Shown piece by piece: positions 12,645-23,813 of a stretch of 64,000 nt of DNA. The position numbers and the translations under genes are program-made. This stretch comes from Vezdaea acicularis (taxonomy: Eukaryota). The notes under the pieces are model-generated. The model was given only the letters and a program-made list of their open reading frames with translations. It did no database searches and was not told the origin of the DNA. The DNA lies in assembly GCA_026025075.1 (NCBI GenBank), contig JAPEUI010000019.1:124001-188000 (forward strand), written 5' to 3'. The number at the start of each line of letters is the position of its first letter. Positions within the stretch are counted from its first letter, which is position 1.

Positions 12645-14340
12645 GGCTGCTTATTCTAGTTGCGCCCTGGAGCAGTGGTCGAAGTGGTTGAAATAAGAGT
12701 TATTCTGTACTTCAGTGATGGAGATAACCGAGGATTCTAAATTCAATCTCCAGAGTGCAGTGTCTAAGAATGCAATGACTTAGACGCTGTGAATGAAACT
12801 TTGGATTGTGAGCTCGAGGAAGACCGGATCTCATCTCATTCTTTCAAGAAGTGGAAGAAGCAAAGGTCGACGGGATGCAATATATAGAAGAGAAAATAAG
12901 GAATGAAAACAGTGAATTCGTAGATACGAACTATTCGTGGTGAAGGGTTACGCAAAAGGGGCACATGTTAACTGCGAAGACAAACAGCGGCTGCCACATC
13001 ACCGCAAATCAGCTGGTAAAAAGAGAAAAGGCAGATTGCCAGATCATGCGAAATATTCCAAACTGGAGTTCTAATGGAAGACACGCAGGCAGTATGAAGG
13101 GAGATGGGCCAGCAAGGCTATGACTTGCAGGCAGCCATCCGCAGGAATTTGAGTCAGAAGGGAAAATGATGTTGGGGTCGACCGTTGCTTCACCACATTA
13201 ACACCAACATCAGTTCTGGTCCCAGTTCCAATTCCGCCATGGCAGGCTCGGGTTGTATCTTCCGCATCTACACCGATGCCACCGGCTTCGTATTTGCCAT
13301 GGTTGTCATGGTGTATTATGGGTTCGAGAAGCTCAGTTGCTGGGTTCCGGCCGAAGAACGACATCCCCAAGTGGACGATCCGTACGTAAGCAGACAGGCA
13401 CGGCCACGACGCTCCAGCGAAAGATACTGCCGTTACAACGCCGATTATGTTGAGGGCAGCGGACTGGCAGGCGATTCGGAATCCACGGTCGGATCGTCCT
13501 CTATCTGAGTAGCACAAGCAAGAGGAGAGAGAGAGAGGCCGCTCTTGGCTGCTTTGTCTGCCTCTTTCACATTCACCTGCGCTCACCGGCCCCTCCACGC
13601 TCGGCCGTTTCCCTGCTTGTGCCGATTGCCCCTCCATCTCCTGCCCGGCCAATCGCCCAATCACCCGCCCTGGCCGGCTCGAGGCCCGCTCTTTCCCCCT
13701 CTGGCCCGTCGCTCTTGCTCTCTTTGGCTCTTCCCTCTTTCGCCGTCTCGCTCCCTCGCTCTTTCCTTCTGGAGAGCGACCCGACTCCCCTCCCCCACAC
13801 GCCTCGTCCTCCACCCGTCACCTCCGCGGCTCTTTGACCGACCTCATCTCTCTCCCACTCCCTCTTCCTCGCCGCGTCTGCTTCACCTTCAATCACTCCC
13901 GGTCTACACTTCGACCGGTGCTGCCAATTGCTTCACTCGTCCCTGCCAACGCCTATCGAGCTGCCCATGAGGATTCCGGATTCCATTCTGATCGCGTCGG
14001 ATTCAAACCTTGCCCGCGTTGGATTCCCCCGCCTACTTCCCTTCCATCCGACACCTGACGGAGGATTAATCGCGCGATAACCAAAACTCCACGTTTTTCA
14101 TTCACTCCTTCGACCACCCGAGACAACCGTCCGCCTGGCCTCTGCTGCTTCTGCACCTATCCGTCAACCACCAATTGAAACATCCGTCGCTAAGCTCTGC
14201 GGTTGATCCAATAAGCACGGTGAATGCGATTGCATCGCCCGCGGCTCTACGAGGAAGCTTAAGCTTGGAATTGACATCGGGAAGCTGGGGCCTTACGTTT
14301 GCCCTGCCTTCTACGATCTCAACCCTCCCCTCAAACTCAC

Positions 14341-15899
14341 ATGCCGACCCTCGGTTTCCTCAAGAAGCGACGGACGAAAGAATCAAGAGATTCTGCCACG
14401 CCCGCCTCGCCCATTGCAGATTCGGGCTCTTCGCTGACCCAAACCTCTTCTAAAGGCGCCGACACCTCCGGTCAAACCCCAGCCTCTTCCCAATCTTCCT
14501 ATCCGCACTCGTCGGACATTGCGACTTCCGAGAAAGAGATCGGCCCCACCTCTGTAGCTCCAGACCCTCAAATGAACCCAGCACTCGCGCAGAAGTACAC
14601 CTCGTCGCCCCATAATAGTCCAGACATCAAAAATTTGATTAACCCTCCACAAAATGATGGGGCTGCTCAATCATATCCGCAGCATATGGACGCACAGGCT
14701 ACTGGAGGCGGGGGTACGGGTGCGACTCCCGCGGCTGCGGCAACAAGCAACCCCGTGAGAACAACGAAAGGCAAATACACCTTGACCGACTTCACCATCC
14801 AAAGGACCCTCGGAACCGGTAGCTTTGGGAGGGTGCATCTTGTCCAATCGCGACATAATCAAAGGTACTATGCGGTGAAGGTCTTGAAGAAGAATCAGGT
14901 GTTCAAGATGAAGCAAGTCGAGCACACCAACGACGAGCGCAGGATGCTGCAGAAAGTCAAGCACCCGTTTTTGATCACGCTGTGGGGGACATTTCAGGAT
15001 TCGAAGAATCTATACATGGTCATGGACTTTGTCGAAGGCGGCGAACTGTTTTCTCTTTTACGAAAATCTCAAGTGAGTCAAGGCCAGTTTCCTTGGTACC
15101 ACCTACCGTTTGGGCCATTACTCATTACGCCTTGACAGAGATTCCCAAACCCCGTTGCAAAGTTCTATGCGGCCGAAGTTACATTGGCTCTGGATTACCT
15201 GCATTCGTTGCACATCATTTATCGCGACCTGAAGCCGGAGAACTTGTTGCTAGATCGTCATGGACATCTGAAGATCACCGACTTCGGTTTCGCGAAAGAG
15301 GTGCCAGATATCACGTGGACCCTTTGCGGAACCCCTGATTACCTTGCGCCCGAAGTAGTAGCCTCGAAAGGCTACAATAAATCAGTCGATTGGTGCGTAA
15401 ATGTCAATACGATCTGTTCAATTTAGCTAACAATGGTATCTTCAGGTGGTCACTCGGGATCCTCATCTTCGAAATGCTGTGCGGCTTCACCCCGTTCTGG
15501 GACGGCGGCTCGCCCATGAAGATCTATGAGAACATTCTCAAAGGCAAGGTCAAGTACCCGCCTTACATCCACCCAGATGCGCAGAATCTGCTCATGCAAC
15601 TCATCACACCCGATCTGACGAAGAGGTTGGGGAATTTGCACGGGGGCTCCAAGGATGTTATGCAGCACCCGTGGTTCGCGGAAGTCACATGGGAACGGCT
15701 CGCCAAGAAGGACATTGATGCGCCATATGTTCCGCCCGTGCGCGGCGGCGTCGGTGATGCGAGCCAGTTCGACAAGTACCCGGAAGAGACGGAAGAGTAT
15801 GGGCAGATGGGTGATGATCCGTAAGTCCGGCATCCATTAGTGAAAAATTGGTCTTGTGCTGACTTCTGAAGGCACGGTCATTTGTTTACGGAGTTTTAA
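14341..15899 (+). CDS. pkaC1: cAMP-dependent protein kinase catalytic subunit (PkaC1/CpkA type)
   Basis: MPTLGFLKK start typical of filamentous-fungal [25 protein letters not shown] and [14 protein letters not shown] motifs. Introns 15073-15138, 15393-15445 and 15821-15871; C-terminus LFTEF. Confidence 0.96.
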
Positions 15900-16502
15900 G
15901 ATGCACCAAACACGACGTGTATGCCTGCAAGATAGCTTCATGACCTCTTAGAAAGCCACCCACGAGAAGACCTGTTGCGCCCACAACGCCGTGCTCGCAT
16001 GCCCTCGCTCAAATGTCTTTAAAGCCCCCAGCACTGGCGCTGTCATGCGGGATCCATTCGGTGCTGCAGTGACCCTTCGGATGAAATACCAAGGAGAGCG
16101 GCCTGTGACTTCTTTCGCGTTTAACCTATTTTTTCCCGGCGCTCATCCGTTTCTTCTCGCTTTTCTTGGTTCTGGACGGCTTTTTTCTGCCCTTCTTCTA
16201 CTATTACTCCTTTTTTTTGTGTAGTGGGCGGAATGGATGAATATGCGGGCAGGGAGCATGGCTCGTTTATAAGCGGTCGAACATATTGTTGTTCCTTAGG
16301 CGACCAAGTGCTCGCGATCGAAAAAATCGAAATATGGCAAACACCAGATGAGAAGAATAAGAGATCTTGGTCTAGATGGCTTTTGTGACCAGTACTGTTG
16401 GCCTCTTTGATGCTACACAGCCATCCTTCTACCCTTGCCCAACAAAGAAAAAGCTGGCGCCCCTTTCCCTCCTCCCCCCTCTCAAAACCAAAAACCCCCC
16501 TT

Positions 16503-19179
16503 TTACCCCGCCGCCCCCTTATACATCTCGATCCCCCTCCTCACCTCCTCCACAATACGCCTCGCCTCCTCCCTTCCCCCCACCGCCTCGAAATCATACC
16601 TCTTCGTGCCACCCTCGCGAAACACAACAACCTTAAACGCACTACCCTTACGACCCTTCGCCATCTTGGCACCGACGACATTCCCAAAATGGATCGTCGT
16701 GGTCTTCTGCTCGCGCTGGGCGCCCAGGCCAGCAAGGGGGTGATGACGATTTTCAGGTTGCGTGTTCGCGGCAGCGGCGGCGCTGGTATCGCTGGGGAGG
16801 AGCAAGAGGAGTTCCCCGTCGATGGCGAGGACGCGTTCGTGCGTCGGCATGAAGGACATAGGTTGTTTGCGCCAGACGACCCAGCGCTTGCTGGTTCCCG
16901 CCGCGCGGGGAATGAGGAGGCCAAGGGGGTCGGTGGGGGTGGTAGCAGCGAGGGGGTGGGCGGCGGCGGAGCCCCCCTTTTTGAGTTTTGTGGTGGCGGA
17001 GGGCCGGTGGGGCCGGGCCGGGTCCGGGTCGTCGGCGAGGATGGGGGCGTTGGGGGAGGAGGAGGCGGGGGAGGCGCTGGTGACGCCGTCGGTGGCGAAG
17101 CGGCGGGGGAGGAGGTCCAGGTCGGCGCGGGAGCGGAGCGACTCGACGGTGCGGTCGAGCGGGACGATGATGTTTGTGTTCGAGAGCTTGAAAACGTGCG
17201 CGGCGGCCGCGAGGTTGCGCTTTTGGCAGACGTTCGTGAGTACTTCGGCCATGTACGTGTCGGTCGTGACGTCCACGGCGATCACTTGGCTGGCGAACGG
17301 GTCCGCACTGTGTAGGTGGATGCGCAGGATTTTAGAGACGCCGGTGCGCGGTGTAGAGGTGCTGGTTGGGGCGGTGGGCTGGTCGGCGGGCGGGAGGTGC
17401 GAGCTGTAGGCGGTGGAGAACTCGGGGCCGAGGATGGGGTTGCGTCGGGGCTGGCGGGGTGCCAGCGGGAAAGGGATCGAAGGTGGATGGACGGTTGAGG
17501 GGGTATTTTCCTCTTCCGGCGAGGACGGGGTAGTGGCTGCAGGAGCTTCGTGCTTGAAGTTGGGGGTAAGGCGCTCGTTTTCTGCAAACTGGGAGGACGT
17601 GGCTTCGACCAGCGCGAACTCGTCAAAGGGCTTGTTGGCTGAACGGTTGCGACCGCCGCGCGTGTTGTTTGAGGCGAAGGAAACGATGGGTTTGGTACGC
17701 TCGAGGGCGGGGAAGTCTTCTTCGACTTCGCCGTCTTCAACCATGCGGAGGGTCCACCAGTTGACGTTCATTCGTTCGGGGGCGATAGGGGGTTGGACTC
17801 CTTCTTCGCAATAGCGCCATAGGCTGAGGCCTATCGCGTCAGCGACAGTGATAGTGCGTTGCATACCGCTATCTTTGTCTTCCGTGGTGCGTCTTATCAG
17901 GACTTCAAAGGGTTTGGAGGGGTTCTGCGCAGAGAAAATGCGTAGGGATAGAGGGTTCGGGTCGCCTTTACCCGACAGGGTGGCAAACCCTTCGAAGGGA
18001 GATGCGGCGTTGGATCTTTTGGCTTTAATAGCTTGGCTGAGCAGACTAACTGGCATAATAGTGCTTATAGGCCGTGGAGGAGGGAGCGCTTGGAGGATTT
18101 GAGGGGCAGCCTTGGACTTTGGTATGCGCTTGCCGTCGGCCTCTGTGCTAGCCATATCCATAATCGATAGGGGCGAGGATATCAAGGGATTCGCAACACT
18201 ATCCATAAGCGACACTGAGTCTGCGGCCTCCTCGAATTCGGATGAAAGGGCTGTGCCGTCGGAGTCTTCCCCTGAGTCTTCCTCGCCCTCTAAGTCTGTG
18301 CTATCTTTTGTTTCTCGACGCTCAAGATCATTACCCTGCAATCCTTCTGCGAGCGTCCTGCTTGCCTTCGCGGGGTTGGCGGGCTGTATCTGCTTTCTTT
18401 TGAAGACTGATGGGTCCAGGTCGTTTTCGGAAGACATCTCGCTACTAGTGGTAGTGTCTCTTCTTGCCCGCTCTTTCACAGCCTCGACAGCTCCCAGTGA
18501 GCCTCGCCGAAGACGGTTCGAGCCCGGTGGCCTTGATGGTGACGTTACGAGCACAGAAGGCCCATCTCGAGTATTAGAGCTGCGTATTGGTGATGATCCA
18601 GACCTCGTCCGTACCGGCATCTTCGCAAACCGTATTTGCTGCGCCGCCCTGAATCCTCCATCCCCGTCATCATCACTCTCGTCACTCAGATCACTGCTAT
18701 CTTCCTCTTCCATCTGTTCTCTTCGCCGCCTCCGCCGTGTCGCGTTGAGTCCTGGGCCCACAGTGTCTTCACTTCCACGCGCTCCTGTGACTAGCCCGCC
18801 CTCGTCGTCCTCTTCACCCAAGCCATTCTGCGGCAGGCCAGCTGACCGCGGTGGAGCTTGGAAGTACTCTGAAGCAATCGCAGTAGGTATTGGTGGTGAG
18901 TATGTTCGCCTTGTGTCTGCCGGATTTGGTGTCCATCCGGCCGCACGAAAGCCAGAGGTATTGAGCACCGCTGGGTTGACCGTAATCAGGCGCTCTCCCA
19001 CCCCGTCTTTGATCGAGGAGAGATACGATGTTCGGAGGCGGTAGATAGTGAAGCTGTATAGTACCAATCAGCCCCGTGCTATGAGTAATTCTTGCGTGGT
19101 GACTCTGTCCATGGTCTTGAGAGAGCAGCACGTTGGTAGACTGTCTTATAACGTACTCTTCATTTTGGAGTAGTGACAT
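16503..19179 (-). CDS. SIN1: TORC2 subunit Sin1/Avo1 (CRIM and C-terminal PH-like domain)
   Basis: MSLLQNE|DFTIYRLRTSYL formed via intron 19054-19156. CRIM-like segment AIGLSLWRY..WWTLRMVEDGEVEEDFPALER; C-terminal HERVLAIDG..KRYDFEA. Confidence 0.92.
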
Positions 19180-19442
19180 CTCAAAGCGTTATCACGCATA
19201 CACCCATATTTGTCAATTCGTGAAGCTGATGCATGCAAACATGGACGTACGTAAGTAAGGAGCTTGCAGGTACGGCCTCGAGGAAGTTGTGTTAAAGCTT
19301 GGGAGTGAAGTAAGACAACGTACGGAGGTTTTGCATTCTGAGGTCAACCTCCATTCCGCGGGGCATCTCGCGTCGCAAAAGCGGCATTGAATCCCAGATC
19401 ACCGAGCTCTTCCGCTAACCTTACTCCTATAGAATTCAAATC

Positions 19443-20627
19443 ATGGCACTCGTGGGATATTCCGACTCAGACAGTTCACAGTCGGAGGGAGAGAAGGTCT
19501 CAAAGCCAGTGCCTACCAAGGCCCCTCTCAAAAAGCTTGTCGATAGAGAAAACCCTCACAAAATCCGGGTCAACCTCGCGACAGTTGCTGAGACCAGCGC
19601 AAAGGATAGCAACGCAGGGGACGATGAACCGCCGGCAAAGCGCGCACGCATCGGAGGAGGGCTCTCTGCCGGATTCAACTCTTTCCTGCCTGCGCCAAAG
19701 AGGACAGGTGTAACTACAAAAGGAGGACTCGGCGCAAGTGGAATCAAAAGAGGCCTGGGAAGTGGCGTCTCACTGAAGACCGGAGCTGAGCCAGGATTCA
19801 GAAGGGAACCCAAAGAGGCTTTCAGTACAAAAGATGAGGGAGAAGAGGAGAAAACTTCCATCCTTGATCTACCAGCGCCTTCCATCGACCTTCAAAGGTC
19901 TCCATCTCCCCCTGTCCAGTCCAAGACTTTAGACCCTCCACGTACGAAGAAGCCAATGATGTTTAAGCCTCTTTCGGTGGCACAGAAGTCCAAAAAGAAG
20001 AAGACGTTTCCCGCCACGAACCTTTCAGAACCAGTGCCTGTAACTGCAAATGGTGCATCGAAGGCAGTAGAAGCCCCTAAGAAGATTCCACTATTCTCTA
20101 TGAACGGAGAGAGCTCTACACCTGATATTCCTACCAGCGGAGATGACGCATACACACCCCTTGTCTATGAGGCTGCGGCCCCAGAGGGCACTGCTGAAGA
20201 GGCCCAATTCCTCAATACAGATCCTATGGAATATCCAGAATACACAGATGGTGCAAAGCCGCCAATGACCCAAGATCCCACATCCACACCTGATACTGAT
20301 CCGCAGTCTCTCCACTCCATAGCAGCAGAGCTGAACCTTTCCAAGTCTGCACAGCGGCAGCTTTTTGGACGCAATAAAGGCACAGGCCAGCTACCGTCCG
20401 CCATCAAGGTGATCAACTTCAATACTGACCAGGAGTATGCTGCCAATGAAGAGCTACGTGCGGCGGGAGAGACTGTGTCGCATAATCCAGTCAGGGCGAT
20501 TGCGCCTGGCAAGCATAGTCTCAAGCAGTTGGTCAGCGCAGCAAGTGGGCAGAAAGAGGCGTTGGAGGAGCATTTTGCATCTGGGAAGAGGAATAAGAAA
20601 GAAGCCGGAAGTAGATACGGTTGGTAG
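19443..20627 (+). CDS. PRCC-family protein (mitotic checkpoint regulator, MAD2B-interacting domain)
   Basis: Starts MALVGYSDSD and ends GKHSLKQLV..LEEHFASGKRNKKEAGSRYGW, as is characteristic of the family. Confidence 0.85.
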   Translation: MALVGYSDSDSSQSEGEKVSKPVPTKAPLKKLVDRENPHKIRVNLATVAETSAKDSNAGDDEPPAKRARIGGGLSAGFNSFLPAPKRTGVTTKGGLGASGIKRGLGSGVSLKTGAEPGFRREPKEAFSTKDEGEEEKTSILDLPAPSIDLQRSPSPPVQSKTLDPPRTKKPMMFKPLSVAQKSKKKKTFPATNLSEPVPVTANGASKAVEAPKKIPLFSMNGESSTPDIPTSGDDAYTPLVYEAAAPEGTAEEAQFLNTDPMEYPEYTDGAKPPMTQDPTSTPDTDPQSLHSIAAELNLSKSAQRQLFGRNKGTGQLPSAIKVINFNTDQEYAANEELRAAGETVSHNPVRAIAPGKHSLKQLVSAASGQKEALEEHFASGKRNKKEAGSRYGW

Positions 20628-20688
20628 GAGAACGAGAGAAAGTTTAGCTAGGTATACGTGCATCTACATTTCACAAGAGGGCCTGACT

Positions 20689-21703
20689 CTAAATTGATGT
20701 GATTATTGGTTGTGAGTGTTGCTGATTGTGTATTATATCGGACGGCGCTACCATATTATCTTGTCGTTGTACCTGAGAAATCTGTGAAGAGTTCCATGCC
20801 TCATCCCATATAGTGTCGTAAGTTTGTGCACTACCCAGTTCCCACAGGGTATCCCATGTGAAATTCCACTTAGATGCACCTTCGCTACCAACGCCCGCGA
20901 GAATGCTTGTCAAGTACACCATCACCCCACGCTTATTGACTTGATGTCCGCCACTAGCGCTTTCGGTGGGAGAATTCGTCCCTTCATAACCGTAAAGGTG
21001 CTGACGAAATAGCTCCAATAATATTTCCCTGAGTTGTAAAGAGCATTATCAGCCAATGCTAGTCCTTTATCCATAACAACCGTGGAGGCCGTGAAGATAG
21101 CGCAGCAGACGCCTACAAGGCGGGCCTTGCCAAGCCGTCTCCGGTTCCAAAACCAACAGCTATAAAGGCAGCTTTGAGCTCAAGAGCCACCTTGTCAACG
21201 TTCTTTCTACACTTCATGCACTGGCCTTGAGGACCAAGAGTAGGTCGGCATGGCAAAACCTCCCAGCCTGTAGCGATGTGCTTGAACTTGTCACAATGGA
21301 GACAGAGATGGTATAGACTAAGACCAGAACTCGGACAAAGAAATCGCCGCATGAGATGATATCGTTCATATCTCGTCGCTGGCCTCATGATACCAACCGT
21401 GCTGTAAAGACTTCTGCAAGTGATTGATAAGACGCGACGGTCGTTATCTGAAAGGCCAGAACTAAAGACAATTATTTCCATGATTTCCACGGGGAGATTG
21501 ATGAATTGCGAGTTTTGATATTGCCCAGTACAATTATTTTTTGGGGAAAACCCGCATCGTTCGCAGAGTCCATGCTTAGAAATGCTTCCACTGTTCCTGA
21601 CCACTGCGTTCCTGTTGGGGAAAGGAATCCAGTCTGATCTGACGCAGCCGTCACAGTGATGTCGCAAGCCGGCGGCCAGAGCGTTCGTGGTAACCATTGC
21701 CAT
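20689..21703 (-). CDS. F-box-motif protein with Cys-rich flanks, probably two exons
   Basis: F-box-like segment FINLPVEIMEIIV..LSDNDRRVLSITCRSLY. Putative intron 21029-21116 (GTAGGC..GCTGAT..CAG) joins ORF 21113-21703 in frame to ORF 20689-21018. Confidence 0.6.
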
Positions 21704-22211
21704 CTTTGTCCACAGAGATAGTGGTATAGCTTGTCACTAGTCCAAAGAACGGTTTACAAAAGTCCTGCAGAAGTGATATTTCATCCAGAGTGAAAGGCAC
21801 AACTCAGATAAAGTCCGGTAGACGAGCGAGCGAGCTAACGATTTTGAAAATGAACACGGCGTCCTTGGAGGATGGGGACGACCATGCTATGAAAGGCATG
21901 AAATATGAGAACAGTAGCAAGACTTGCTAAAGGAGAGAAGAAAAGAAAATTCCTGGTCAAAATGCAAAGGCAGACTCACAATATAGGGCTAGCCCCGTGA
22001 AGTGTGTAAGGACGGAAAGGCCTGTCAACCGCCTCGCGAAGCCAAGGTTGAAAGTGGAAGAAATACTAGCCAATGGGAGGCGGGTCCGGGCTTCGAATTC
22101 CTAGCACGTCCCGGCAGAGCTCGCTACGACTTCCCAACGCCCCGAACATCCAACACTTCCGTCTCACTCCAGTCATTCCCCTCGGAGTCTCACTATCCAT
22201 TAAATTCCACA

Positions 22212-23634
22212 ATGCTCTCTAGGCTGGTAAAAACAGGCCGGGCGCTGCCTGTGAGGCGTTGCGCAGAGCTTTCTCTGGCTCGGAGGACCGTCACAACGGA
22301 CGCAGCTTCTTCACATACAGACAAGGAAAATGTACCAGAGGTATGAGCTTCCAATCGAACTAGATCCACCTATGATTACCTGTGTAGCCGTCGCTGACTG
22401 CCTGTTTGAACCATAGTCTGAAGATGAGCACTTCACAGTCCATCTCTCGGATGAGAGCTTTGAGACATATGAGCTTGACCCGCCGCCATACACCCTAGAC
22501 GTCACTAAGAAGGAGCTCAAGGACATGTACCGTGATATGGTCTCGATACGGTATTTAGCCAACCCTCAGTTCGGATTGGAGTGTTACTGATTGTCTGCCT
22601 TTAGACGAATGGAGATGGCCGCCGATCGCCTGTACAAGGAGAAGAAGATTCGGGGTTTCTGCCATCTTTCAACGGGTCAAGAAGCCGTTGCTACAGGGAT
22701 TGAGCGCGCTATCACCAAGGAAGACAGTGTAATCACAGCTTACAGGTGTCATGGCTTCGCTATGCTTCGTGGAGGGTCGGTCAAGTCAATTATCGGCGAA
22801 CTTCTAGGCCGAAGAGAGGGCATTGCCTATGGCAAGGGTGGCTCGATGCACATGTTCGCAAAAGGCTTCTATGGTGGAAACGGGATTGTGGGAGCTCAGG
22901 TTCCTGTCGGAGCCGGTCTAGCTTTTGCCCACAAGTATATGGAAGAGAAGAACGCGACGATCTGCCTGTATGGTGATGGCGCATCGAATCAAGGCCAAGT
23001 ATTTGAGGCTTTCAACATGGCTAAGCTGTGGAACTTGCCAATCATGTTCGGCTGCGAGAGTGAGCATCTATTCGACCTCCCTGAGTTCCTATCTTTACTA
23101 ATCTGATTTTCCCCAGATAACAAGTATGGCATGGGTACAGCCGCCAACCGTGCAGCCGCCCTTACAGACTACTACAAGCGTGGCCAATATATCCCCGGCT
23201 TGAAGGTCAACGGCATGGATGTTCTTGCGGTCAAAGCCGCTGTAGCATACGGTAAACAATTCACAACCTCTGGCAACGGCCCTCTCGTCATCGAATACGT
23301 CACCTATCGATATGGCGGACACTCGATGTCGGATCCCGGTACGACCTACCGCACACGTGAGGAGATCCAGCGTATGCGAAGCACCAACGACCCAATCGCG
23401 GGACTGAAACAGAAACTGCTGGATTGGGAGGTAACGACCGAGGACGAGTTGAAGAACATCGACAAAGAAGCGCGCGCTGCGGTCGACGCTGAGGTCGCCG
23501 AGGCGGAGAAGATGGCGGCGCCGGAGCCGGAGCCGAAGATCCTCTTTGAGGATATCTATGTGAGAGGGAGCGAGCCGCAGTTCATGAGGGGACGGGTGCC
23601 TGAGGAGAACTTCTACTATGCGGAGGCAAAGTAG
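22212..23634 (+). CDS. PDA1: Pyruvate dehydrogenase E1 alpha subunit, mitochondrial
   Basis: [32 protein letters not shown] and [13 protein letters not shown] motifs. Arg-rich presequence; introns 22341-22416, 22551-22604 and 23060-23116. Confidence 0.97.
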
Positions 23635-23813
23635 GTTCGCTAAGGATTAGGAAAGGGGGGTTTGTGACTTTGTAACTATAGACGCAGAAGGTTGAGTGCT
23701 CATCACAATGTATAGAATAGCCATCACAAGACCCGCTGTAACATGACATTCAATTCTTCAAAAGCGATGTCTGACGCGAAACCCGCAGCAGGACCTTAGT
23801 AGAGCATACAACA

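Noticed and set aside
13071..13970. 247-aa and related ORFs upstream of PKA
   Set aside because: These are translations of CT/GA-rich promoter or leader sequence, with non-ATG starts and no domain.
16398..19044. Long + strand ORFs (305, 215 and 310 aa) antisense to SIN1
   Set aside because: Shadow frames of GC-rich coding sequence; low complexity and no domain.
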